DNA of 64,000 bases from Fonticula alba ATCC 38817 (lineage: Eukaryota > Protista > Nucleariida). The stretch lies in NCBI GenBank assembly GCA_000388065.2, contig KB932202.1; one strand, given 5' to 3'. The position numbers and the translations under genes are program-made. The notes under the pieces are model-generated. The model did not search any database. It saw nothing but the letters and a program-made list of their open reading frames with translations, and was not told where the DNA came from. Shown here piece by piece: positions 35,501-48,627 of this stretch; position 1 is the stretch's first letter; each line of letters begins with the position of its first letter.

Positions 35501-38500
35501 CTGCGCCCGCTCGCCTGGCCCCTTCTCTCGCTGGCGTGGGGGGAGGAGAGGGCGGGGGGGGGGGGGCCGCTGAGGGACACACCGCTCGTAAGGTGAGGTC
35601 GACACTCTGCGATGGTCATTTGGAGAAATAATGCCACCCGGATAAAACGAATGAAATATAGACTTCGCTCGGTGTGTCCCCACTCGGCCCGGCCCCCCTT
35701 TTGCAGTTCTGCCAGACGCGCGCGCGCGCGCGCCCCGGCCACAGAGCCGCCCGCAGCACCGGCCCTACGCCCCCAAAGGCGAGAGGCCGGCCGCACGCCT
35801 GAGGCGCATTCCCCGTGCCACGGTGTCGTTCAGGGCTGGGGACTCTGGGAGGGGAGGACGAGGGGAGGGGGGGGAAGCGCGAGGGCGGGGCGCGGGGAGG
35901 GAAGAGGAATGTCCGCTCCTTGCCCGCGGCAGCCGTTTGTTTGATCCGGCCAGCTCTCGGGGCACGGCGGGCGAAGCGAGCGGATCTCAACGCGCGACCC
36001 AGCCCCTACGCGCCCCACACTCGTGTCCGGTGCATTCCCTCGCCGACGGGAATGGCAGGCATGAATATCCGGCCGAAGACCCCCAAAGCCGCCCTGAGAC
36101 CCCCCCCCCCCTCCCTCGCCGGCCCGCGCTTCCGGGCCAGCCCGCCGCATGCCCCTGCCGCCGATGTCGACAGAGAGCACGGGCCGCGCCATGCACGCAC
36201 ATGCCCCCCCCCCCCCCCCCCGCCCCCCGGGCGTTTTCGAGTCAGTGGGGCATGACCGCCGGGGGTCCCCTCTCGGGGGTGGCCACGTCGAGGAGTGATG
36301 TGCCCTTCTCGCGCCCCCGGCGGAGCCCCCCTCGAGCCCGGGGTGACGGGCCGCCGCCAGCCCTTGTGTCCACTTGACTCCCCGGCCAGCCCCCTCGGCA
36401 TGGGGCCCCAGGCTGCCGCGTCCACCCACTTGGGTGAAAATGCAGATCAGCATGCGTGGGTGCGTGCGTGGGTGCGTGCATGCAGGGTGTATGCGTACGC
36501 CCGACGGGCGTGCCAAATTGGGTGTTAGCCAGCTCGCCGGGCTTCCGGCCCCGGGGGGGGGGGGGGGGCGGGGGGCCGGGGAGGAACCCAAGCGAGGAAT
36601 GTCCTGAGGTGTATATTGCCCGGGCGCGAGTTCATACCTGCCTCGCGCCCCCGTCTCCGCACCTTCCCCCCCCCCCGGCCCCGGGAGAAGGTGCGGGGCG
36701 GTGTGACCGTCGAGTGGGTGCCCCTCTCGCTGCCCGAGCGAGAGGAGGGCCCCCCGAGACAGGCCTTCGCCCTTCTTCCTCGAAGCACGCCAGCATCAGA
36801 AGGGGACTCCTGGCGGACGTCATCTGGCGGCCCCCCCCCCCCCCCCCCCCCCCCGCCCCCCCCCCCGGCGGCGCCCCTCTCTTCATGCGGAGGGCGCGAA
36901 GGCACGCCCGCCGCAGGGCGGGGCCGTCCTGGCCAAGCAAAGTAAGCCCGCTCTCCCCCTTCGGGTGTGTTCCGCCCCCCGCTCCCAGGGGCCGGAGGGG
37001 GGTGGCGCGGGCGGGGTAAGGTTCCCCTTGAGGAGCGGCAGCAGGACCGCAGCAGGTGCGGCCTGCGTATTCCCGTGGTGTCGACACAACGCCCCGGCCT
37101 CCGTGCCCCCCTTCCTACCTAAGGCGCCTCCGGCCAAACGAAATGCGTAGGGCCCATCTCCTCCGGCGAGGTCTCCGGGGTGCATGTTATTCTCCAAGCG
37201 CGTCAGAACTCATTTGATGACCCGGGGGGCGTGGGTGGGGAGAGCCCGGCGCGCGCGGTGCGGCGCACTTACCCTAGAGGTGACATTCCTGAGGAATTTT
37301 CCTGAATGCCTCCCCCGGCCCAAGGGGCTGGCCCTGTGGTGTGCGTGTGTGTGTGTGTGTGTGCGTGCGCATTCGTGCGGGTGACACCCTCGATTCTGCT
37401 CTTCCAGCATATCTTCTTCCTGACCGGGGGATTCTGGCCGTCATCCGCGCGCCTGCCCCCGGTCGTGATGGCGCCCCATCGTCCCTTCCCTCGTCCCCCC
37501 GCCCCCCCTCTCCCCGCCGCCCGGGCCCGGGGTCCGACGGCCGCGTTTCCTGCTGCGACCCTTGCGCACTGACCAGCGTTCCCAGAGGCATAACTATTAC
37601 CCTATTCTGGGATGTGTTTCGCCGAGAGCAAGGCTCGGGCTCGTACCTCGTTCGCACGGAATGCGCCGTATCCCTGCACCCCCCCCCCCGCCCACCTTGT
37701 CCAGCCCTCAGCCCTCACATTTCAGCCCCCCCCACTTCCCCTGTCCCCTGGTCGCCGGCTGGGAGAGGGAGAGACATCACGAGTATGCGGCGAGGCAGGC
37801 AGCCGGGCCGGGCCCGGCTCAAGGAACATTCCTCCAGGGGAGGGTGGCGCGGTCAACCGCCGTCTTGCCGCCCTCCCCGCTGGCCCCTGCTCCAGCCCGG
37901 TGTGGGGCCCCGGCCTGCCCCGCCGCCGCGCACACACAGAAGCTCCCCACACCCGCCTTCGGAGGCCGGGGATCCCTCGCAGCCGTTGCCGGCGCCAGAC
38001 AGCCGGGCCGCGCTTTGCCCTGAGGACCGCCAAAATGGCACCTCATGTCCAGATTCCACGCGGGTTAACCGCCACTGCCGGCAAATGCCAGCACCCGGCG
38101 GCGGTCATCTCGATAACCGGAGTATCGGTCCCCCCCCCCCCCTCCCCGGCTCGGGCCTGGAGTTCGGCGCCCAATTGGCAATGCGGATGCCGGCGTGCTT
38201 CGCCGGCCACCCCCCGAATGACTGCTCGCATTCCCGGCTCCCACGGAACGAGCCGTTCCCCCTCCCTCCTCGACTGGGCCTCGAATTTCTGCCTTGCTCA
38301 CCGCCGCGCCCGATCCGCCGCGAGGCGCCGGCGGCCCTTCCCCGTACGACCTCCGCCCAGGCGTTGTGGCTCCTCCGCCTCCGGGGGGTGCGTGGGGCTC
38401 CCGCCCGCCCGCGTAGGGCTGGCCATCTACGGCTCCCCCCCCCTCCTCCCGGCGCGAGGGGGGGGGCGAGGGGCAGAGCCCCCTTGTTCCGGGTCTGTGT

Positions 38501-39336
38501 GGACATTCCTCTGTTCGTCACTTTCGCCCTTGCACCCCGCCAGGCGGGTGGCCCACCTCATCCCCGCTCCGGCCTTCACCTTGCGCCTCCTTCCGGAAGG
38601 GGCGCTGGTCGTCCCCCGGCCGAAGGCGATCAGCCCGCAGCCCACCTAGCGGCTGTCCCTTTGCAGCCAGCAGCCACAGGTCGGACCCACGACCGCGCGT
38701 CTGTCCCTCTGCCGCACTCGCCTGCCACCCCGGCCAATGGCACGCTGTTTCTCCAACGGACAGCGGGCACCCCGATCGCCCTTCGGCCGGCAATCACCCC
38801 ACCAAGGGCGGCGCCCTCGCCGTCGCACGCTGCTGACCCATGCATTCCCGCAAACGGCCACATGATACTCCGGCAGCAATTACGCCGCAATGACCAAAAT
38901 CATGCCTCTCATCGAAATACACATTTTACGCGGCCCCCTCATGCGAGACTGCTTTCCCAGACTTTCAACGGCCGCGCAATGGGGCGGGCACGAGCGCGCC
39001 GCACGCACCACGAAGCAAAGGCACTTCACACATTGTTAGCCCCCCGGCGCGGTTGCCGGACCTTTTGGCGCTGGCATTTGCCCGCACGGGCGCCCCCCTC
39101 TTTTTCCCTATCCAAGGTCGCACTCGGCCACCGAGCTCTCCCGGCTCCGGCCCTGCCCCGCCTCGGAGGCACAGGGCTGCATCCACAAGGGGCATTGGCG
39201 AGGGAGATGGACGCCGCCAAGCCATGTGTACTCCGCAGGCGAACTGCACCGCACCTCTGGCCGTTGCTGGTTCCTGCCCTCTCCCCGGTCACCAGTCGGG
39301 CCACACGCCCCCAAGCCTACGCTGGTCCACGCCAAG

Positions 39337-39380
<44 letters not shown>

Positions 39381-39770
39381 GCTCCCTCGCCCCCTCTCTA
39401 GAGCCGTGGTGGCCAAGCCTGCTCAGGCCATCGAGTTGCACTGTCTGCGTGGAACTCTCCGGCCAGTCTGGCTGATTGTTTTTCCCGCACGCCAATGCGC
39501 TAATATTAATCCGCCAACTTATTTCCTCGTACAATGACCCCCCGGCAGCTGCTTCGGGTGCGCGCCAAAGGGCGCGCACTCGTCGCATTGTCCTCTCCTC
39601 CCTCCTGGCTCACCTCCGGCGGGCAATCAGCTCTCCCACCTACCCGCCAGGGGCCTCCCCTGGGCTCCATTCCTGGCGGCTTCCCTCCCCGGCGACGAGC
39701 CTGCCTTTTCGGTCAATTCACAGACCCAAGCCCCTGGCGTTGGGAGTAGAGCCTCCCTCTGGCGGTGACC

Positions 39771-39805
<35 letters not shown>

Positions 39806-40667
39806 CGAGGCGCGGCCGCAAATAGGCGGTTATTATCGTTCTTTCCAGCTCGGCAGTTTGACTCGCCCTGGCTGGGCTCCCGCGACCAGGGCGGTGGTGT
39901 GGCACCCGGAGTGTGGCGTGTTCTTGTCCGGTTCCATCCCCCCCCCCNNNNNNNNNNNNNNNNNNNNNNNNNNNNNNNNNNNNNNNNNNNNNNNNNNNNN
40001 NNNNNNNNNNNNNNNNNNNNNNNNNNNNNNNNNNNNNNNNNNNNNNNNNNNNNNNNNNNNNNNNNNNNNNNNNNNNNNNNNNNNNNNNNNNNNNNNNNNN
40101 NNNNNNNNNNNNNNNNNNNNNNNNNNNNNNNNNNNNNNNNNNNNNNNNNNNNNNNNNNNNNNNNNNNNNNNNNNNNNNNNNNNNNNNNNNNNNNNNNNNN
40201 NNNNNNNNNNNNNNNNNNNNNNNNNNNNNNNNNNNNNNNNNNNNNNNNNNNNNNNNNNNNNNNNNNNNNNNNNNNNNNNNNNNNNNNNNNNNNNNNNNNN
40301 NNGGGGGGGGGGTTATTACTGATGCCCCGTCTTCTCCAGACCCCCGGAAGATGGAGGCGCGCATCCCCCCCCCCCCCGCCTTTTATCACCTTCCGCTTGG
40401 TTCTTCTACTGGTCTCTTAAAAGCACCTGGGCGGGCTGGCCTCCGTACACGAGTACCAGCAATTGTCCTCCATCACGCCAACAGCCATCCCCCTTTTGCC
40501 TGCCCGCTGTCTCTCCCGCCATCACCTCCGCCCCTTCCTTTGCACCTCCTCCTGGCCCCGCCTTCCTCCACCGCGGCCGCTTGCCTGTCTCCACCCTCGG
40601 CCAGGACCCCCCCCCCCGGAGGTGACCTCCCCGTGTCATCGTAGGGAACCTTCCCCCGCCTCGCAGG

Positions 40668-43190
40668 ATGTCCTTCCCCTACACCCAGGCCCCCCTCAGC
40701 TCCGCCGCATCAGGCCCCCCCCAGCAATACCAACCCCAGCCCCAGCCCCAGCACTACCCACACCAGCAGCCGCATGCTCAGCACTTCCCGACGGCATATC
40801 CGCCTCATTATTACTCCCAGCAATATCACCTGCAGCCGTATGCTGTCCATCCGGCACAGACCCCCCATGTCGCCTGCAGCAGCTCGGAGCCCGGCTACTC
40901 GATCCCCAGCACCGGGGACTTCGCCCACAACATCCCTGGCCCTCTCAATGCCCCGGCACACCTTCCTCCCGCCTCGTCACTCCAGCCACACAGGCACCAT
41001 CATCCACACCAGCCGCCTCATGTTCTCCCTCCCCCGCCCCAGGTTCTGCCCCCCCTGCCGCAGCCGCAGCCGCAGCCGCAGCCGCTGGCGCAGGCCGCCG
41101 CATGCTCCGGCATCCCACCCTCCGCCTTGGGCGCCACGCGGCCGGACTCGGCTCCCGGACGCCTTATGGCAACCCACACAGACAGCCGGCCTTCCTCACC
41201 AAACCCAAGCACCCCGGTCGCCGTGTCTGCGACCGCTGCCCCAGCCGCCGTGACCGGCCCCGCCGGCCGGGCCGCCCGGTCCACTAAAGCCGCCAAGGCC
41301 ACCAAAGCCACCAAGACCAGCCGCGTGGCGCGAACCGCCTCCGGCCCCAAGGCACCCGAGCGGGCCCAGGCCAATTCCGGCAACCCCTCTGGCCAGGTGA
41401 CCCGGGCACCTGGCCGGCGCTCCGACAGCTCGCTCATCACCTTTACCAAGAAATACATTCATCTGCTGATGAAGCACCGAGAGCTCACGATCCCCCGTGC
41501 TGCCGATCTGATGTCCTCCAACAAACGCCGCATCTACGATGTCATCCGCTACTTGGGGCTCTTCAACATCGCCTACTACGACAAGTCTCAGGGCCATGCC
41601 ATTTGGGTGTGCGTCTTTGTCTTTGCCTCTCTCTCTCTCTCTCTCTCTCTCCCCCCCCGTTCTTCCCCCCCTTTCCTCTACATTCTTCCTCATTGGCCCC
41701 CTTCTTTTTGCTTTCCCATTTCATTTCCGCCCTCCTCCCTTTTTTTTTCGTGCCCTCTTCTCGGCGCCTCCTCCTTGCTCGCCGCGATGGCCCGCCCACG
41801 AGAATCTTCCCCAAACTCACCGTACATTCATTCGCCAACAGTGGCCTTGATGACATGAGACTGTCCTTCGACCCTGCCACATACAACCCCGATGATCCTG
41901 ACAATGACAACCTTGTCGCCATGAGCGAGGGGTCCGTGTCGCCCCCCCCATCCGCCGAAAAGCGCCTGAAGGTGCAAGTTAAGGAAGAGCCCACGCCCGC
42001 CTCCCTGGTGAAGACCGAAGCGTCGAGCCCCCCGACGACCGGCGAAGCGTCCACTTCCTCATCCCCGGGCTGGGGTCGCCTCCTGTGGCTCCAGGACCAG
42101 ATGGTGGAGGCCATTGCCACCATGAAAACCGAGGGCGCCGACATGGGTGCCGTGGCCACCTTCCTCCAGAGCATGACCCTTCACTGTCTTGAGCAGGCTG
42201 GCGGCCCTGGGGGTGCTCCACCTCAAATGTTTACCGGGCCGCCGACTGCCCCGGCCAGTGATCTTGGTTACCACTCCGGCGGAACCCCTGACACCTTGGA
42301 CACGCCGACCGTCCAGAATAGCCCCACCACTCCGACTTCCTCGGCAGCCCCTTTCCGCTGCCTGAAGTCCTCGTCGCACTTTGCGGCCGATGTCGAGGCT
42401 CCGCCCATGGTGTCCGACTGCCCTGGCGTCGGAATGACCCCCATTGACCAGCGGCCCCCCCCAGACGGGCCCCGGAATATTGGCTCCCTGGCTGCTGGTC
42501 CAGCCCGGCTGGCCCACCAGGTGGCGACGCCCCCCTCTTCCGAGCCTGATGCCCTGCCGCACCCAGATCTCAAGGCCTCCTCGCTGCTGGCATCGCCGAC
42601 GGCCGGCGCATGTTCCGGCGACCGGCATCACCTTCCAATGTTCTTCCACGGCACCCCGGGAACCTGGGGAGCGCCCATGCCCCAACTCTCGGCATCCAGT
42701 CCACTGCATTCCCCCTTCCCAAGCACTGCCAGCCCGGCTGGTGTGCACGCATTCCCCGGCCACAATGGCCGATCTCTGGCCGGGACTCCCCTGGCACCTC
42801 AGCAACAACAACAACAACAACAGCAGCAGCACCACCAACATGGTAGTGCGTTGCTTCTGATCTTCTTTTTTTTTTCGACCCTCCTCAGCATACATTGGGT
42901 GTTCGCCGCCAGCTCCCCTCTCCCCTCCTGTGTCCTCCATATGACTGACCCCGCTTTTCCTTGCCCCCCCCCCCCCAGACACCGCATGTCTTTCCGATAC
43001 CATGACCACCACCCAACAGTCCGTACGCCCAGCAATGAAGTCAAGTGGATCCTCCGCCTTGACAACTGGACCCTTCTCGGATCTTGCTGCTCCGGCAATG
43101 GCTGGCACTGATGCCCCGTCGGCCGAAGGGGTCGGTTCCATGCCGAGCACCACCGAGACAGCTGAGCGTCCCAACCCGTGTCCATTTTAG
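40668..43190 (+). CDS. Divergent E2F/DP-family winged-helix transcription factor, about 3 exons
   Basis: RRSDSSLITFTKKYIHLL..TIPRAADLMSSNKRRIYDVIRYLGLFNI..HAIW matches the E2F DNA-binding pattern (SL..LTKKF; L..AA..L; KRRIYD; I.W). The rest is Pro/Gln/Ser low-complexity sequence. Confidence 0.7.
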
Positions 43191-43551
43191 TGTCCTTGCA
43201 TTNNNNNNNNNNNNNNNNNNNNNNNNNTCTCTCTCTCGATGTCCCGCCGCCTTCCCTCGCTTCCCCCTCCCCCCCCCCTCAGTTGCGGGAACAACGTCCT
43301 TGTTTCCTTTCCCCTCCCCCTCTGCCGAGCCCCCTCTCCCATACTTCTTGCTCTGCTTGGTCCCCCAGGGAGGGGGCTATTGATCAGGCATCGATCATGG
43401 GCGGGGGCGTACATGTTTCGACATCCTTTTTCTCCTGGGAGTAGGGCGGCAGCGGCACGAAGCACGAGTACAGGAGAGTAGACACATGGTGGCGCGTCCT
43501 GCCAAGGAGGGGGAGGCCTGGAAAGTGGCCATGCTTGAGGGGAGCCACATA

Positions 43552-43997
43552 TTACCAGTTCGCTTGCCAAAGGATTTGCTCGTGGACCATCGGCATGGGG
43601 GTGCCCTTGGGCCCGGTGTCCAGGCGCTTCCATGTACGAACCAAGCGCCCGCCATCCTCGATGTTGATGATGCGAGCGCGGCGCTCCCACGATCGACGAC
43701 CATATGTCCCGTAGCCGACGCCGCCACCGTAGCAAAGGGCCAGGAGCGGGTTCTCCGGCGACCGACCACAGAAGTCTGTGTCGAATGCACGGCCAGGGCA
43801 GTGGGGTTGGTTGGTAACTGTGCTAAAGGGCCAGAGAGAACGAGGGAAGGAGAAAGAAGAAGAAGAGGAGGGAGAGAGACGCACCATTCACATGGTCGTG
43901 GCCGACAAACGTGGCGACCGCCTTGCCAACTGGCGGGGAGGGATGTGAGACAAAAGCATACATAAAGGTTGACAAAGGACAAGGAGGCCTCGGCCCT

Positions 43998-44064
<67 letters not shown>

Positions 44065-45503
44065 TGTACCATCAGTCAGGGCGGCAAAGAAGCCGCCATT
44101 CACCTGAGCGGAGTTGACGCGCTCCTGCTTGTCACCGACGACATTCTCCGTCGCGTTGTGGTACTCCGGGAAGGGAATATGGAAGAAAACCAGCTCAGGC
44201 GGATCGTGCGGATTGCTGGGCGGGCAGCGGCGAGGCCGAAGACGGGGCCGGGGGGGAGAGGGGAGGGGGTGAGGACAAGCAGAAGGCCCAAACAAGTCGC
44301 AGGCGGATGACCAATCTCCCTGGCAGGAGGGGCGAAGGGTGATCGAGCGCACTTGTAGCTGATCTCGGCGGACGCATTGCGGTACCAGGCTACCTGGCTT
44401 GGGCGGATCCAGTCATAGCCACCGATGTCGGGATCGGTGCTGTATGCGCCGGAGTCCAGGAAAAACAGTGAAAAGACAGTTTCGCTACGTGTGCAGGGGA
44501 GAGGGCCAGAGGGAGAGGGTGAGGGGAGAGAGGAGGCGAATTGAAACAAGCAGCAAGCGAAGGTGCGGCGAGGAGGCAGCAATCGGATGGCCAGAGGGTG
44601 TGGGGCAGGAGCGCCGCGCACTTGGACGAGTCGATGACTTCCACGGCGAAGTTGCCGACGCCATCGATATCGCGCGGCCCGAAGGATGTCACGGTGTGGG
44701 GAAGGGACTCAATGATATCCATCATCTGGGCGTTGTCCATGTTGCCTTGCTGCGAGGGGGAGACCAGTCAGCCTTCGGTGGGGAGCGGCAAAAGGGCCGG
44801 GGTCCGGGACCCAAGCCAAACCCGGGAGATGATCAAAGCATTGGTCGGGCATGTGGGGGGGGGGGGGGGGGAGCGCACGGCATCGTGGTTACCAAAGACC
44901 GCGGCCCAGGGGATGCTCCGATTGATGACCGGCTCGGTGAAGATCTCGATGGCCTGGTGCGGATGCAGAGGAAAAGGGTGCGTGAGAAAGGCAAGCAGGC
45001 ACGTAAGCTGAGAGGCCACGGCCCGGGGAGAAAGAGCAAGACCCATGAAGAGCGAACCTTTTTGGCATCCGGAGGGAAGGCCACGTTGTCTCCGGTGAAG
45101 ACAACCAAGTCGGGACGCTCGTCATCCAGCAGGCGACCAATGAAGTCCGTGGTGTTGCGATCGCCACAGGGGCTCTGCGAGGGAGCCCCCTGAGGTTAGC
45201 ATCGAAGGAAGGGGAGTTGTGATTTTGCGGGCAGCAGGCAGGGGGGGGGGGGGGGGGCGCGCGAAACTCCGTCCACCAGGTGTGTACCCCATCGCGCGGA
45301 ATGTTCAAGCACCCGTAATCGGTGCCGGTTTTGATATGCATGTCCGCGAGCTGCAGGATCTTGAAGGTTTGGTCGTTGTGCCCGAGAGGGAGGGCCACAT
45401 TGCCCGAGGGGCTTGTGGTCCGCGGGGCCACAATGCCAGCGACAGCCGCGGGCAGCACCAGCAATGCTGCGAGGGCGAGTAGCCTGGCGAAGAGGTGCGG
45501 CAT
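43552..45503 (-). CDS. Calcineurin-like metallophosphoesterase (DCR2/Sia1 or plant PAP14/29-like) with signal peptide, about 7 exons
   Basis: FKILQLADMH, PDLVVFTGD, PWAAVFGNHD, FLDSG, YDWIRPSQVAW, FFHIPFPEY, FVGHDHVN, LCYGGGVGYGTYG..RRARI. Confidence 0.9.
43999..44063. repeat. About 65-nt G homopolymer (poly-C on the sense strand of a phosphoesterase intron)
   Basis: Directly visible; exact length unreliable. Confidence 0.85.
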
Positions 45504-47092
45504 TGCAGCGCGGGAGCGATCAGGAGAGTGGAGATAGAGAGAGAGAGAAGTGGAGAGCGGGTGAGGCCGAAGAGGATTGCCATTGGTCCCCTCAGGGGCA
45601 CCGGCACCCCGGGCTCAAAAGAAGCCTTGCCGTTGGACCGTGCCTCTGGTGCCCGTGAACGCCTCCCAGCGTGGCCCCCGCCCTTCGCTGAATCCTCCTC
45701 CTCTGGGCGAATGTGTGTTCTCCCTCCCCCTCCCCCCCCCCTCTCTCTCTCTCTCTCTCTGTGGTGTTGGTTGCCTCGCCTCCCCACTTGGAATGCAGGT
45801 AAAAGACTCGGGGCAGTCATGGCGGAGCTGTGCTCGCACCAGACTCCCAACATGGCCTTTAAGGAAGAACACCGTGGCCCATGCGCGTATGTGTATGAGT
45901 GGGCCTGCTGCGTGGCGTCCCGGGGCTTGTGGTGTCGATGGATCTGCCCCGGTCCTCGGTTGGGTGTCCCCATCTGGTTGGCGTGGGCGGTGAGCCCCGG
46001 GAGAGGATCGTTGGGTGCGTTCCCACGACCAGCACGTCACACCGGGATGGCTGGCTGGCGGGATCGACCGGAGCCCGGATTCCGGTGTCCGGCGTGCGTG
46101 TACGTGTGTGCGCCCACATCCGTGGCACCCTGCTCGCGAGGGTTTCACGCGACAAGGATGATGCGCACCTGGGGGGCGAGGGGGGGGGGGGGGGGGTGGG
46201 TGAGGCCCCCTGCCCCTCTATTTTTGTGTCCCGGCCGCGGTGGTGGCGGCGGGCTTGTTTAGTCTTCGTCCCCAAGCCGGCGGCAGGGTCGGAGGCACAC
46301 AAGTCCGGGCAAGGCGCCTCGACATGCGCGCGGCTATGGTGCGCCGGGGCGTCGCCACCCGGAATGGCCACATAGGGTGAGGGACCACCGCGCAAACAAC
46401 AATAACAAAGGAGACCCTCCTCCGGAAGCCGCTGGCATATTTCTCGCGTCCTCTAATTCGTGCTTCTACGTGCCCGTGTCGAGAGAAGGCCCAGGGGGCG
46501 GGATGATGTCCAAGCAGCGAGAGGAGGGGTCAATCCGGCCGGGCCCCCATCTTCGGCATGCCCTCCGGTACGTGCGCGCATGCGCGAGCGCCCGTGTGTG
46601 CGTGCGGCTCGATGGGTATCTGTCCAGGGAGCGCCTGCGGGCATAATCACGCCCAAGCAAGAGGATCCACGTGCCATGGAGTGTGATATGCCTCGCGTCT
46701 TGAGCGCCCCACGGACGCATCGAGGGGGTCTCTCAACATGTGTGCTCGCCATCGTGGTCCTCGGGCCATGTTGCTCAAGACCTGGCCATCGGGCCGGATC
46801 TCCCGCCCTTCCTCGAGGTTGTCCCCTCTTCGGAGTGTTGCCTGTGGTACTCACTGCCAGATGAGCCATCGCCAATCCTTCCTGCCCCTGCTCCTCGCCC
46901 TGCCCCTCGCCCTGCCCCTCTCGCCCTGTCCCTCGCCCCTGCCTGTCGTTGTGGATTCTTTGCTTCCTCTTTCCCTCTCTCCATCACCCTTCTCTGCTGC
47001 CTCTCTCCCGCCTCTCCTCCCCCCCCCCTCCCCCCCCCCCCCCGCCTCCCCCTCCTCCCCCCCCCCCCCCCGCCCCCTCTTACGGCAGTAGC

Positions 47093-48591
47093 ATGCTGGC
47101 CATCCGATGCCTCCGCGGGAGCCTGGGCACTGCTCTTCGGCGCCCGATCGCCGGATGGGCTCACATCCGTGCACTCGCTCCTAGCCTGACCGAGGGCGAC
47201 CGTAAGCCCGGGCCTGGCGCGGCCCCGGCGCGTCTCTTCGCCTCGGGCCCGCCGCAGGATCGCGCTCGTCGATTTACCCCTCGCCGCCACTCGTGGGAGC
47301 GCCATGAGTATGATGCCGCGGCCGGGGCGTCGCGTTACATCGAGGTCGAGGAGGAGGAGGAGGGGGATGACTTTGGCTTCTTCGTCGACATATCCAACCT
47401 GACTCCCGGCCCTTCGGAGCCCAAGCGCACAGGCTACAAATCCAGTTCCCGCGCCATGGACCAGGCATCCGAGCGGATCGCCCAATTGGACACCTGGGAT
47501 GCTCTGGCGCCCTTCCTGGATGCGCGGCTGGTGGCACTGGCCTCGGCCCCGACCGGCACCCGGCTTCCGGCTCCGGAGCGTCACGCACGTCGGCCGCATG
47601 GTCTGGCCTGGGCCACGCCAACGCCCATCCAACGTGCGGCCATCCCGGTCGTGGCCAGTGGCCAGTCGGTCATTGCTTCGGCGCAAACCGGCACAGGCAA
47701 AACCGCGGCCTTCCTCTTCCCGGCGCTGAGCCGTCTTGCGGCCCAGGTGGCCGAAGAGCGCGCGGCATCCGGCGACGGCCCCCTGCCCGTGCATGATGGC
47801 CCGCCCCAGCCGCGGGCCCTGCTCTTGGCTCCGACCGGGCCGCTGGCAGCCCAAGCCTTCGAGGTGGTTTCCGACTGGGCCGTGGCCGTGGGCCTGTCAG
47901 TGGGCTTGGTGGCCGGCCCCCACAAGTTGGCTTCGCACCCGCCTGGCCGGCCCAATCCGGAGCTGGTCATCAGCACTCCTGGTGCCCTTCTTCGGAGCTT
48001 GGGTGTGGGGAATTTGGATCCCCGGCGACTGGCCCTTGCCACCGGGGTGACTCGTCGCCCGGGGGCCGACCAAGATCGGCGGGATTTGGCCAGCATCCGC
48101 GAGTCACTGGCTGCCAGTCAGTTGGCCCAAATGGACCTCGACACTCCGTGGGACCACCTGCAGGAGGGCGCCGACCAGGCCGACAGCGAGGATGAGGAGC
48201 TCATGGACCCCTTCTCGGCGGGCGAGGAAAATGAAACGGATGTCGCCCCGGCCACCGGCTCCTTCGACGAGTGGATGCGTCAAAGTGGCCTTCTCAATGA
48301 CGATGAGTTCCAGCATTTGAAGCAGCTGGACCTGGCGGAGAGTGGGTTGCGTGCGCGTCCGGCGCGTCGCGCGCGTGTGGCCACCACCGACTCGACTCCG
48401 ACGCCGGCTGTGCCAGCGCCAGCGCCCCCGGCCGGGCCGCAGATCGACCTCTCCCGGTTGGACATCTTCCTGATTGATGAGTGTGACCGGATGCTCAGTT
48501 TGGGGCTGCTCCCCTCGCGTGCGTTCTCTCCCTGCTCCTTTCTTCCCTGCCCGATTGAAACGCCGACTGCCCTGGGGTTTGCACCTGGGTT

Positions 48592-48627
<36 letters not shown>

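Noticed and set aside
35560-35660. Resemblance to a TPP riboswitch (gctgag..taatgcc) or twister ribozyme (cccggataaaa)
   Set aside because: Only isolated words match; the core motifs (GAACCTGATC-like; twister pseudoknot GAGGG) are absent.
37215-37305. Possible C/D snoRNA (TGATGA ... CTGA) and an 18S-like stretch ctagaggtgacattcctg
   Set aside because: The terminal stem is only 3 bp, the interior is G-rich, and I see no convincing antisense guide. The rRNA resemblance is short and in the sense orientation.
37341-39401. 686-aa plus-strand ORF
   Set aside because: Pro/Arg/Ala composition typical of stop-poor GC-rich non-coding DNA, includes microsatellite translations, and has no recognisable domain or codon bias.
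41790-41810. Apparent GAG acceptor in the E2F-like gene
   Set aside because: A same-phase CAG at about 41840 follows a CTCAC branch-like site and is the more parsimonious acceptor.
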